A stretch of DNA of 33,658 nucleotides, from positions 1 to 33,658 of the IMG/VR virus record IMGVR_UViG_3300007231_000022; one strand, written 5' to 3'. The DNA is from a virus. Lineage: Duplodnaviria; Caudoviricetes. This document shows positions 23,992-33,658 of this stretch, one piece after another (position 1 is the first letter of the stretch; every line of letters begins with the position of its first letter). The position numbers and the translations under genes are program-made. The notes beneath the pieces are model-generated. The model ran no database searches and was not told where the DNA came from. It saw only the letters and a program-made list of their open reading frames with translations.

Positions 23992-26900
23992 ATGGCAGAC
24001 TTTTTATTAGATAGAATTAGATTTAAATGGGTATCCGGATGGGTATCAGGCACTGTATACACTAAAGACAATGTACTTTACTATAAAGGCAGAGTTTATG
24101 TTTGTTTAGTTGGTCACACAGCTGGCGCAGATATTAGAACAGACATTTCAAAATGGGAATTAATGTTCGACGGCCAAGAATGGAAAGGTAACTGGGCAGC
24201 AAATACTGCATATGGCATCGGAAACCTTGTAAAATATAACGGTTATATTTACAGGTGTGTATCTAACCATACTAGTGTTATATTAGATAATTTAGGATTA
24301 CCGAACGATTTAGCTCATTGGACTCTTCTTGCCACAACATACGATTGGAAAAATATTTGGTCCGCAGGATTTAATTATAATCTTGGCGATGTAGTTAGAT
24401 ATAACGGCATTGTTTATATTTGTTCAACAACACATACAAGTGCAGTATCTGCTGCTTTAGGGTTAGAAGCAGACCAAGCTAATTGGAATGTTGTAGTTAC
24501 TTCTGATTATTGGTCAACTGATTGGACAATCTCTACTAGATATTTAGTAGACGATCTTGTTAGATACGGCGCCAAAGTTTATAGATGTATTACAGGACAT
24601 ACAAGCGCAGCAACAATTGTATTAGGTTTAGAACCAGATCAAGCTAAATGGGAAATTGTAATATCAGGATTAGAATATAAAACTGACTGGGTAGGTAGTG
24701 TACGCTACAAAGTTAATGATATTGTTAAAGTAGATGCTACCCTTTATATATGTACAATAGCTCACGAATCGACTATATTCGAGAATAATATTGCTAACTG
24801 GCAAGTGTGGATGCCAGGCATTGGGTATGAAGAAATTTGGACAAATAATACAAATTATAACTTAGGCGATATTGTAATTTATGGCGGATATACGTATGTT
24901 GCTATACAGCCAAATATAAACTCTGAACCTAGTGCTACAGGATTTCAAAAAGGTATAGGTGCGTGGGATTTACTTAATACTGCATATAAAGTTACAGGCG
25001 AATGGAATGTCGGAACCCAGTATAAAACCGGCGACGTGGCCAGGAATGGTGGATATCTGTATATCGCATTAGCTGACAATTTAGCAGCATATCCTGATAC
25101 TAGTATTGCATCCTGGAGAATTGTTATTCCAGGATATAAGTTTAGAGCAGAATGGATTGACAACGAAACATATTATCCTGGAGAGATTGTTACATATTTA
25201 GGCACTGCGTACACTTGTATAACACGACATATTTCTACAGCATCTGACTCGAGACCAGATCTTGACCAAGAATACGATCAAGAAGATTTTTGGGCATACG
25301 TGTCTAAAGGAAGTGTAAACAATGTATTAGCGCAAGTAGGCGATACTAGAGTTTACAATTCAGAAATAGTTAGACTTGGTATTGGACTTCCTGGACAAGT
25401 AATTAAAGTAGATGCCAATCTTCCTACGTTTAATAATTTTGGAGTAAGTGAGAAGGTATATTTTGTAAGTACAAAAGGAACTGATGCAGCAGGTTTTGGC
25501 CTCACAGCTAATGCAGCATTTAGATCAGTTAAGTACGCTTGCGACTATATTGCTGCAAACACTACAGAGAGAGCACCTGCTACAGTTTATATTACAACAG
25601 GACTTTATGAAGAACAAACGCCTATTAGTGTCCCAGCAACGGTTGCTCTTGTAGGAGACGAACTTAGAAGCACTATAATAAAAGCAGCAACTGGATATAC
25701 ATCTAACGATATGTTTCTTGTTAGAAACGGCAGTGGCATAAGAAATATGACACTACAAGGATTAACAGGAGTCTTAGGTAGTCCAAATCAATATTTAACA
25801 CAACGACCGACTGGTGGCGCATATGTAAGTCTTGATCCAGGTGCTGGTCCAACTGACACAACTGCTTGGATTACTACCAAATCGCCGTATGTGCAAAATG
25901 TAACTACATTTGGAACAGCATGTATCGGAATGAAAATTGATGGGAACGTACACGATGGTGGCAACAGATCTATCGTTGCTAACGATTTTACACAAGTAAT
26001 AGACGATGGCATTGGAGTATGGGCAACAAATGGAGGTCTAACAGAACTTGTAAGTGTGTTTACATATTTTAATTATATTGGCTATCTTGCAGAAAATGGT
26101 GGAAAAATGCGTGCCACAAACGGCAACAACTCGTATGGAACTTACGGCTCGGTTGCTGAAGGCGTAACTGTTGGCGAAGACCCAATTTTAGCTAATATTG
26201 ATAACAAGTCAAAAGAAGCCGAAGTAGGAATAGTTCATAATAACGGCAACGAAATTATGGCAATAGCTTATTCAAACGCTGGACAAACTTACACTAATGC
26301 TACATTTACTGTTGCAGGATCTGGCGCAAACGCTAGTTTGACAATGAGTGATTTTAGGGATGGAGCAGTAAGTAATGTAAAAGTTGCAACGTTGGGAGAT
26401 AGTAGTATTCCGGGCGGATTAAACTATACATCAATCGTTGGCGGAGCCCAAACAGGTGATACTACAAGTATAACACTTGATAATGGAGACTTACAAACAG
26501 ATGCTGCAAAATATCAGGGACAACTACTATTCATAATCAGCGGCGACGGCCTTGGACAATATGGTGTTATCGATACATATACACCAGGAACTAAAGTAGC
26601 AACAATAGTAAAGCACAGTGATGGCACAGCAGGTTGGGATAGAATTAGCGATAACTATGCTGTTGCTACTGAATTAAATTTAACTACACGATATCAAATT
26701 GAACCTAGACTTGTATTTTCAGCTCCTGATTCGGGTGTAAGAGCTATAGGTCGAGCTGTTGTTGAAAGAAGTAGAATTACTAGAGTAAATATTTATAATC
26801 CAGGTTCCGGATATACAACTACACCGACTATTACTATTACAGACAACGAAGCAACAGTTGATGCTCAGTTTGACATATCTGTACAGGATGGGGTCTTAGG

Positions 26901-27798
26901 ATTGCCGACTTATGTAAATAGGGGCGTTGGCTATATACGATCAACTGCAACGATTACAGGTGACGGAAGTGCAGAAAATAGACAAACTGGTGTAGACGTT
27001 AAAATTAGTAATTTATCACGGTTACCAGGGCCGGGTGACAACGTATCAATAAACGGAATTGAAGAAGTAGTTTATAAACTTACTAGAATAACGGATGTCA
27101 CAGGAACTGAACCAAATCTAAGTGCAACTATTAGACTATATCCAAGTATTGGACAAGAAGAATCGCCAGGTGATAATGAATTAATTACTATTAGACAAAA
27201 TTATAGTCAAGTACGATTAACTGGACACGATTTCCTAGACATTGGTTCAGGAAATGTAAGCAGTACTAGATATCCACAATTATATCTAGACGGCGTTGAT
27301 AGTTTAAATACTCCTCAACAGCAAAACGAAGTTCAAGAAAATGGCGGAGGTCGAGTATTTTATACAAGTACTGACCAAGATGGTAACTTTAGAGTTGGTG
27401 AACTATTTGAAGTTGAACAAAGTACAGGTATTGTAACCATCGATGCTTCGCAGTTTGATTTAACTGGACTTACACAACTTAGTTTAGGCGGAATACAAGT
27501 AGGTGGTAGTGCTGTTGTTATTAAAGAGTTTAGTAAAGACGGAACGTTTATTGCAAATAGTAATAATATTGTACCTACACAGGCTGCTATTATAAAATAC
27601 TTAAATAGCAGAATTGCCGGAGGTAGTGCAAATGCCACAACTAATAAATTAACTGCTGGACAAATTATAGTTCAGTTAAGTACTATTAGTTCAGCTGGAA
27701 CTGAAATAAACATTCCTGTACCTGTAAATTTCACAGGCGGAATCACAGGGGGCGATATGTTAGCAATGCAATTGTTTGCACATCGTTCAAAAAGATAA
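23992..27798 (+). CDS. Large fibre protein: 8 CBM5/12-like (ChtBD3) repeats plus a beta-helix domain (1268 aa)
   Basis: Eight W....Y..GD.V.Y.G..Y.C/A repeats in the N-terminal ~440 aa, then YFVS..GTD...AF.SVK.A and VGDELRS beta-helix motifs. Confidence 0.75.
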   Translation: MADFLLDRIRFKWVSGWVSGTVYTKDNVLYYKGRVYVCLVGHTAGADIRTDISKWELMFDGQEWKGNWAANTAYGIGNLVKYNGYIYRCVSNHTSVILDNLGLPNDLAHWTLLATTYDWKNIWSAGFNYNLGDVVRYNGIVYICSTTHTSAVSAALGLEADQANWNVVVTSDYWSTDWTISTRYLVDDLVRYGAKVYRCITGHTSAATIVLGLEPDQAKWEIVISGLEYKTDWVGSVRYKVNDIVKVDATLYICTIAHESTIFENNIANWQVWMPGIGYEEIWTNNTNYNLGDIVIYGGYTYVAIQPNINSEPSATGFQKGIGAWDLLNTAYKVTGEWNVGTQYKTGDVARNGGYLYIALADNLAAYPDTSIASWRIVIPGYKFRAEWIDNETYYPGEIVTYLGTAYTCITRHISTASDSRPDLDQEYDQEDFWAYVSKGSVNNVLAQVGDTRVYNSEIVRLGIGLPGQVIKVDANLPTFNNFGVSEKVYFVSTKGTDAAGFGLTANAAFRSVKYACDYIAANTTERAPATVYITTGLYEEQTPISVPATVALVGDELRSTIIKAATGYTSNDMFLVRNGSGIRNMTLQGLTGVLGSPNQYLTQRPTGGAYVSLDPGAGPTDTTAWITTKSPYVQNVTTFGTACIGMKIDGNVHDGGNRSIVANDFTQVIDDGIGVWATNGGLTELVSVFTYFNYIGYLAENGGKMRATNGNNSYGTYGSVAEGVTVGEDPILANIDNKSKEAEVGIVHNNGNEIMAIAYSNAGQTYTNATFTVAGSGANASLTMSDFRDGAVSNVKVATLGDSSIPGGLNYTSIVGGAQTGDTTSITLDNGDLQTDAAKYQGQLLFIISGDGLGQYGVIDTYTPGTKVATIVKHSDGTAGWDRISDNYAVATELNLTTRYQIEPRLVFSAPDSGVRAIGRAVVERSRITRVNIYNPGSGYTTTPTITITDNEATVDAQFDISVQDGVLGLPTYVNRGVGYIRSTATITGDGSAENRQTGVDVKISNLSRLPGPGDNVSINGIEEVVYKLTRITDVTGTEPNLSATIRLYPSIGQEESPGDNELITIRQNYSQVRLTGHDFLDIGSGNVSSTRYPQLYLDGVDSLNTPQQQNEVQENGGGRVFYTSTDQDGNFRVGELFEVEQSTGIVTIDASQFDLTGLTQLSLGGIQVGGSAVVIKEFSKDGTFIANSNNIVPTQAAIIKYLNSRIAGGSANATTNKLTAGQIIVQLSTISSAGTEINIPVPVNFTGGITGGDMLAMQLFAHRSKR

Positions 27799-27801
27799 AT
27801 A
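27795..27801 (+). promoter_or_regulatory. Late promoter ATAAATA overlapping the upstream stop
   Basis: A-TAA-ATA, with a GGAG RBS before 27825. Confidence 0.6.
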
Positions 27802-27824
27802 TATTAAATAGAGCGGAGTTTTAA

Positions 27825-30800
27825 ATGGCTGAATTTAAATTAGGTAGAATTAGATTTATATGGAAAGGTGCCTGGACAGGCACAACTGTATACTACAAAG
27901 ACGACATAGTAAAGCATGGAGGTAATACCTTTGTGTGTACTTCAGGGTATACAAGTTCAAGTAATTTTGATACTGACTTTGCTACATATTGGGATAAACT
28001 TGCCGACGGACAAGAATGGAAAAGTGATTGGGCTGACGCTACGGTTTACAAAATAAACGACATTGTAAAATATGGCGGATATCTTTACGTTTGTAATACA
28101 GCGCACACTGGCACTACATTACTTGAAAATGATCAGTCTAAATGGGATCTTTACGCTGAAGGGTTTGATTGGAAAAATGCTTGGGTAGCTAGTACACATT
28201 ATAAAGTAAACGATATTGCAAAATATAATGGTATAACTTATCTATGTATTACAGCACATACTAGTGCTGCATCAGATGCATTAGGTTTAGAAGCAGACCA
28301 AGGCAACTGGCAGAAATTTACTGACGGCCTGCAATGGCAGGGCGACTGGGCTATTGATACTAGATATCGTGTAAACGATGTTGTCAAGTATGGCGGACAA
28401 CTTTATGTTGTTAATACAGGACACACTAGTGCTGCAACAATTACATTAGGTTTAGAAGCAGATCAATCTAAGTTTGATTATATGCATAAAGGTATTGAGT
28501 ACAAAGGTATATATGCTATTGGCACACGATACAAAGTAAATGATGTTGTTAAAACAAGCGGCGGACTTTGGATATGTGTAACACCATATACTAGCCGAGA
28601 CAGAATTAGTCAAGACCAATCAAACTGGGCAGAATTTGTAGAAGGCCTAGAATTTGAAGATAGTTGGGGTCCTGAAAGAAACTACGAAGTAGGCGATATT
28701 GTAACCTACGGAGGATATTCTTATGTTGCTATTACAAATAATGTAGGACAGCGTCCAACTGACAATGCAGATGATTGGGATTTATTTAATACAGGTTTCC
28801 GCTTTGTTGGCGACTGGGGTGACGATAGTTCACTACAAGATTATCTAATAGGCGATGTAATTAGACATGGCGGATTTACATATGTAGCTATAGCTGATAG
28901 TAATAACCAAGAACCACCGAATGTTGCATATTGGGATAAACTCAACGAAGGCTTTAAATGGAAAAACACATGGGCTGACGCTACCGAATATGATTTAGGC
29001 GATGTTGTTGTATACAATAGCAATTCATATGTTGCTGTTGCAAAACACACATCCGACGAAACTGTTGCGCAAAACAGACCAGATCAAGATGTAGACGGTT
29101 CTGAATGGAACTTAATGGCAGGCGGTCCTGAAAATAATGTAATGACTACTGACGGCGACATGGTTTACTATAGTGGCTCAGGTCCAGCTAGATTAGGCAT
29201 TGGTGAAATAGGTCAAATTTTACGAGTGAATGATGCAGCCACAGCACCAGAATGGGGATTCTATGGCGCTATTGATAATGTTGTATATGTTGATACAAAC
29301 GGTTCAGACGGCGCAGCACCTAGTTTTGGCACTACAATTGACAGACCGTTTAAAACTATTAAGCATGCTGCATACAACATTGAAAATGGTTACTTGCGTC
29401 CAAATGCACGTAAACTAATTGAAATAAACAGAGCATTTCTTGCAGACGAAGCAGTAGAATGGGTAGATGCACAAGTTACAGCAAATGCCGGAACTCCATT
29501 TACTAGTTCGTTTACTTATGATCAAGCGGCTTGGAGAACATACTTAGGACGCTTGGTAACTGCACTACTTTATGATTTAGGTCATGGTGGTAATGAAGAA
29601 GTACGTAAGCTAACATTGGCAATTTATAACGCAGGCGAGGTTACAGGTAAAACAGCAGAATTTGTAGCAGCAATAGAATATTTAGAAACAGTTATAGATG
29701 CTGTAATAAGTAATGTTGCACCGGCATCCACATTCGGATCATTAACTAGGCATACGGATGCAGCACTTATAGAAGAAACAGGTGCGCAAGGTATTATTGG
29801 CAATCTTATAGACATACTTACAGCTACAGTAACAGCAGGCGTTACTACTAATGTGCCTGCAGAATTACAACCACAAAATACTATCTTTGTAAAAACTGGA
29901 CAACTTAATGAAGTACTTCCAATTGTAATTCCAAAAAATACAGCAGTAGTTGGAGACGAATTACGCTCTACTAGAATTAGTCCAGCTGGTGGCTTAGTAG
30001 CAGGATCAGATGTAGCATATAGTTTAGATGGTATTTCTAGATTGCAAGCAGTTATAAGTCTTGCTGTAACAGCACCTGGAAATATTGTTAAAACTTCAGG
30101 CAACTTATTAGACCCTGTTACAACTCACGTAGTTGGCGCTGGCGCAGCAGGTACTGCTGCTGCTGGAATTGTACAGGACATATATGATCATATTGACTTT
30201 GAAATTAATGCTACAGGAACTAAACCAACACTAACAGGTACAATGACAGCACTAACTTCAACTGATTATACATATGCAGTTGAATCTATTGAAGCAAATA
30301 GAGAATTCTTAAAGGCAGAAGTATTAGCATATATTGCAGATACTTATCCTTCATATGTTTATAACACAGCAGCTTGTGCTAGAGATGTTGATCGTTATAT
30401 CGACGCTGTACAATATGACCTAATTAATACAGGAAATTACAAAGCAATTAGAGCAGCATCAGCATATGTAAATTCAGTATCAGGCTCAATAGACAAAGAT
30501 ATGTTCTACTTACGTAATGGCACTGGACTTAGAAATTGCACAATAACAGGTCTAACTGGTACACTGGGCGCAGCAAATGCATTAGGTACCAAACGTCCAT
30601 CAGCAGGCGCCTATGTATCACTTGATCCAGGTTTTGGAACAGCTGATGAACACGCTTGGATTACTAATAAATCGCCGTATGTGCAAAATGTAACTACATT
30701 TGGTACAGGGTGTATTGGACTAAAAATCGACGGTGACTTACACGGCGGCGGCAACGACTCGATTGTTGCAAACGACTTTACACAAATTTTAAGTGACGGT

Positions 30801-32561
30801 ATTGGCGTATGGTGTACTAACTTAGCAAGAGCAGAACTTGTTAGTGTGTTCTCATATTATGGACACATTGGTTACTTATCAGAGAACGGTGGTAAGATTC
30901 GTGCTACTAACGGTAACTCATCATACGGTGACTTTGGTACAGTTGCAGAAGGCGGCGACAGCACAGAAACTGCTATAACTGCAACAGTAAATAATCAATC
31001 AACCGAAGCAAATGTTACTAATGTATTAACAGACGGAAATAATGTTCTTACTCTTGAATATGCAAATGCTGGTGTCACGTATACTGGCGGTGCTACAACT
31101 ATAACTATATCCGGCGAAGGATTTGGCGCAGCAGTAGGAACAGTTAATGTTAATAACGGCGGTGTGTACGAAGTTAGACTAACTGATCCAGCAACAAACT
31201 TTGGCGGTGATGGATTTGTAGATGCAACTAATACTGGACAAACTGGTACAGCAACACAGATTACATTAAGTAACACCGATATTAGATCAAGTGCTGCATA
31301 TGTGGGAATGGCTATATGGATCGTAAGTGGTTCGGGCGCAGGACAATATGGATATATTGATACTTACAATAGTGGTACAAAAATTGCAACTGTTAAAAAA
31401 CAAAGCGACGACACTGCAGGATGGGATCATGTTACAGGTGTAACACCGCTTGTTGCATTAGACGACACTACTGAATATTTAATTGAACCAAGAGTAACAT
31501 TTAGTGGCGGCGGCGTAACTGCTTATGCTGATATTGCTAAAGCTCGTGCTAGAGTATCTGATGAAAAGATTATAGAAATACGTATTTGGGATTCAGGCAA
31601 TGGATACACAAGTGCGCCTACTATGACAGTTACTGATCCAAACAACACTGTGGAAGTTCCGCACTTAGTTAGAATTGGCGACGGAGTATTAGGTCAGCCA
31701 ACGTGGACAAATAGAGGTACAAACTTTACAACAGCACAAGCAGAAGTTGCAGGCGATGGATATGCAGACTTGTACCAACCTGGCACAACTATAGTAGTTG
31801 CAGGAATGAGTGCAATACCGCAGGCAGGCGCAAACATTGAAATAGCTGGAATAGCAGGCAAATATTATAAACTTGTTAATGTTAGAGAATTAGCTGGTGC
31901 AGGGCCGTATACGGCAACATTACAACTATCACCGACTATTAGTATTACTGAAGCTCCTGAACACAACGAAGCAGTAGAAATGCGCATACGTTATAGTCAA
32001 GTACGATTAACTGGACACGATTTCCTAGATATCGGCACTGGTAACTTTGCAAATACTAACTATCCAGGTGTTCCTTTAATAGATCCAGATCCGCTTAAAG
32101 AAACAAACGACTTGGGCGGCGGCAGAGTATTCTATACAAGTACTGACCAAGATGGTAACTTTAGAGTTGGCGAATTGTTTAGTATCGAACAAGCAACTGG
32201 TATTGCTACTCTTGATGCAGATGCATTTAATATTAGTGGCTTGCAGGAATTACAACTTGGTGCAATTAGCTTAGGAGGTACTAATGCTACTATTACTGAA
32301 TTTAGTGTAGACGGAACGTTTACTGCTAACAGTGATAATATTGTACCAACACAAAAAGCAATTAAAACTTATATCCAATCGCAAATTGGCGGCGGCGCAG
32401 GTGAGCTAAACGTAAACCAACTTACTGCTGGTAATATAAGAATTAATAGTGATACTATTACTAACACACTAGGTGAAACGATAAATATAAATACTAGAAC
32501 TAACTTCACAGGCGGCATCAAAGGTGATCCTGTTGCAATGAATATGTTCTTATCAAACTAA
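27825..32561 (+). CDS. Large fibre protein, paralog of the 23992 gene, with 8 CBM5/12-like repeats, beta-helix and two helical inserts (1578 aa)
   Basis: Same architecture and shared motifs (KSPYVQNVTTFG, YSQVRLTGHDFLDIG, GGRVFYTSTDQDGNFRVGELF). Confidence 0.75.
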   Translation: MAEFKLGRIRFIWKGAWTGTTVYYKDDIVKHGGNTFVCTSGYTSSSNFDTDFATYWDKLADGQEWKSDWADATVYKINDIVKYGGYLYVCNTAHTGTTLLENDQSKWDLYAEGFDWKNAWVASTHYKVNDIAKYNGITYLCITAHTSAASDALGLEADQGNWQKFTDGLQWQGDWAIDTRYRVNDVVKYGGQLYVVNTGHTSAATITLGLEADQSKFDYMHKGIEYKGIYAIGTRYKVNDVVKTSGGLWICVTPYTSRDRISQDQSNWAEFVEGLEFEDSWGPERNYEVGDIVTYGGYSYVAITNNVGQRPTDNADDWDLFNTGFRFVGDWGDDSSLQDYLIGDVIRHGGFTYVAIADSNNQEPPNVAYWDKLNEGFKWKNTWADATEYDLGDVVVYNSNSYVAVAKHTSDETVAQNRPDQDVDGSEWNLMAGGPENNVMTTDGDMVYYSGSGPARLGIGEIGQILRVNDAATAPEWGFYGAIDNVVYVDTNGSDGAAPSFGTTIDRPFKTIKHAAYNIENGYLRPNARKLIEINRAFLADEAVEWVDAQVTANAGTPFTSSFTYDQAAWRTYLGRLVTALLYDLGHGGNEEVRKLTLAIYNAGEVTGKTAEFVAAIEYLETVIDAVISNVAPASTFGSLTRHTDAALIEETGAQGIIGNLIDILTATVTAGVTTNVPAELQPQNTIFVKTGQLNEVLPIVIPKNTAVVGDELRSTRISPAGGLVAGSDVAYSLDGISRLQAVISLAVTAPGNIVKTSGNLLDPVTTHVVGAGAAGTAAAGIVQDIYDHIDFEINATGTKPTLTGTMTALTSTDYTYAVESIEANREFLKAEVLAYIADTYPSYVYNTAACARDVDRYIDAVQYDLINTGNYKAIRAASAYVNSVSGSIDKDMFYLRNGTGLRNCTITGLTGTLGAANALGTKRPSAGAYVSLDPGFGTADEHAWITNKSPYVQNVTTFGTGCIGLKIDGDLHGGGNDSIVANDFTQILSDGIGVWCTNLARAELVSVFSYYGHIGYLSENGGKIRATNGNSSYGDFGTVAEGGDSTETAITATVNNQSTEANVTNVLTDGNNVLTLEYANAGVTYTGGATTITISGEGFGAAVGTVNVNNGGVYEVRLTDPATNFGGDGFVDATNTGQTGTATQITLSNTDIRSSAAYVGMAIWIVSGSGAGQYGYIDTYNSGTKIATVKKQSDDTAGWDHVTGVTPLVALDDTTEYLIEPRVTFSGGGVTAYADIAKARARVSDEKIIEIRIWDSGNGYTSAPTMTVTDPNNTVEVPHLVRIGDGVLGQPTWTNRGTNFTTAQAEVAGDGYADLYQPGTTIVVAGMSAIPQAGANIEIAGIAGKYYKLVNVRELAGAGPYTATLQLSPTISITEAPEHNEAVEMRIRYSQVRLTGHDFLDIGTGNFANTNYPGVPLIDPDPLKETNDLGGGRVFYTSTDQDGNFRVGELFSIEQATGIATLDADAFNISGLQELQLGAISLGGTNATITEFSVDGTFTANSDNIVPTQKAIKTYIQSQIGGGAGELNVNQLTAGNIRINSDTITNTLGETININTRTNFTGGIKGDPVAMNMFLSN

Positions 32562-32576
32562 CGGAGAAAGTTTAAA

Positions 32577-32894
32577 ATGGCTACAGGAAAATTAGGCGCA
32601 AACGATTTAGCTGCCACAACATTAACTACAGTATACGAATGTCCAGCGGCAACATATTCTGTAGTATCAATAAATATATGCAACAGAGGAACATCGACAA
32701 CTGGTGTCCGAATTGCAATTGCAGATGGTGATACTCCAAGTGCAGCAGAGTATATTGAATACGATACAGAAGTATTTTCAAAGAATGTACTAGAGCGTAC
32801 TGGAATCGTACTAGCAGCTACACAGCGTATTGTTGTTTATTCTACACAAGCATCTGTTAGTGCTGTGGTAGTAGGTATTGAAACTGTAGCATAA
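32577..32894 (+). CDS. Small virion adaptor-like protein, 105 aa (paralog 3)
   Basis: TTVYECPA....VSINICNR...YIEYD.....VLERTGIVL; GGAG RBS. Confidence 0.75.
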   Translation: MATGKLGANDLAATTLTTVYECPAATYSVVSINICNRGTSTTGVRIAIADGDTPSAAEYIEYDTEVFSKNVLERTGIVLAATQRIVVYSTQASVSAVVVGIETVA

Positions 32895-32897
32895 ATA
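32891..32897 (+). promoter_or_regulatory. Late promoter ATAAATA overlapping the upstream stop
   Basis: A-TAA-ATA, with a GAGGA RBS before 32925. Confidence 0.6.
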
Positions 32898-32924
32898 CAT
32901 ATAATAAGAAGAGGATTATTAATT

Positions 32925-33218
32925 ATGGGAAGATATATAAGTAGTGTTGCAGGTACAGCATCAGATATGACATCAAATTTCGCAAGTTCGAATAGTACTA
33001 AAAACGGCGATGGATTTCTTACAGCATACCAAGCTAACGATATAACTTATTCAAATGTCACATATTCAAGCTTCAATGGCGGCGCAGCACAGTACGGCGG
33101 CACGTATATAGGAGTAGCTGGATGGACCGAAACGAATAATCTAACTAATCAAGCGCAAACGATTACAGTGAACTATGATGCCGCGACAGGTGAAGTATCA
33201 AGTCTAAGCATAGCATAA
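32925..33218 (+). CDS. Hypothetical virion protein (97 aa)
   Basis: Promoter and RBS present; Ser/Thr/Gly-rich beta-type composition. Confidence 0.65.
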   Translation: MGRYISSVAGTASDMTSNFASSNSTKNGDGFLTAYQANDITYSNVTYSSFNGGAAQYGGTYIGVAGWTETNNLTNQAQTITVNYDAATGEVSSLSIA

Positions 33219-33230
33219 TAGGAGATTAAA

Positions 33231-33658
33231 GTGGCAGATCCAGCAGTATATAATGCAGTACTAAATGAAAATAAATGCATACAATCAGAAATACAAGACG
33301 CAGCACTAGCAGCAGCAGAAGCTGCCTTAGCAAGTTGTCCGGCAGATTCGGCAAATTGGGGACTGTTACCGTTATTAGACTCTCCGACTGGATGCTTATG
33401 TGTTACTAACATGAGCGGCCGAGGAGGCTGTGGCGTTGGCTGTACATGGACAGTACCAGCAGCTACAACAAAAGTACAATTCCAATTATGGGGACCAGGT
33501 GCTTCGACAATGAATGGCATGTGCTGTGCAGGCTCACCTTACGGTCAAAACGGCGCTTATGCAACAGTTATTATTGATGCTAATCCAGGAGATAGTTATA
33601 CATTATGTGCAGGTTGTGCGGCATGTTGTTACGGTTATTGTAGTCAAGGCTATATTGT
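33231..33658 (+). CDS. Cys/Gly-rich fibre-type protein, truncated by the window end (missing from the ORF track)
   Basis: AGGAG RBS (33220-33224) then GTG 33231, open to the end: MADPAVYNAVLNENKC...CTWTVPAATTKVQFQLWGPG...MCCAG...GAYA...PGDSYTLCAGCAACCYGYC. Confidence 0.8.
   Translation, partial: MADPAVYNAVLNENKCIQSEIQDAALAAAEAALASCPADSANWGLLPLLDSPTGCLCVTNMSGRGGCGVGCTWTVPAATTKVQFQLWGPGASTMNGMCCAGSPYGQNGAYATVIIDANPGDSYTLCAGCAACCYGYCSQGYI

Noticed and set aside
25879-32170. Diversity-generating retroelement TR/VR pair or CRISPR repeats
   Set aside because: The repeats are exact, in-frame and in conserved motifs, with no adenine-specific mismatches, no regular spacing and no reverse transcriptase nearby.
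33173-33520. 115-aa minus-strand ORF
   Set aside because: Shadow of the plus-strand gene starting at GTG 33231, which has an RBS and fits the operon direction.
1-33658. Stop-codon reassignment (seen in some large phages) and tRNA genes
   Set aside because: Core genes are full length and tightly packed under the standard code, and no cloverleaf with a T-loop consensus was seen in the intergenic gaps.

Overview
An AT-rich segment of a large T4-like (myovirus-type) dsDNA phage, almost all late/structural genes in the standard genetic code. Left to right: the 3' end of a gp46/SbcC recombination ATPase, a small helical protein, a minimal GIY-YIG nuclease and a ~565-bp non-coding interval. The first ~390 nt of that interval can fold into a multi-pseudoknotted large RNA, and the rest is a cluster of GAA-loop DNA-type hairpins. 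Then come two putative internal head proteins and a minus-strand gp26-like gene that appears to be extended by a -1 ribosomal frameshift into an ORF missing from the track. A tape-measure-like gene precedes the head module (portal, small protein, glycosyltransferase-like protein, acidic core protein, prohead protease, scaffold, major capsid protein). The remaining ~19 kb encodes virion fibre/baseplate proteins in paralogous pairs with small adaptor-like genes between them. T4-type late promoters (NATAAATA) recur, several overlapping the upstream stop codon. Top candidates for new biology: (1) the GIY-YIG nuclease plus adjacent ornate ncRNA, (2) the gp26/gp51-like G/GT-type frameshift, (3) structured leaders before two virion genes, (4) gene-conversion tracts between fibre paralogs. 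All product calls come from motif recognition by eye; no database searches or folding programs were run.
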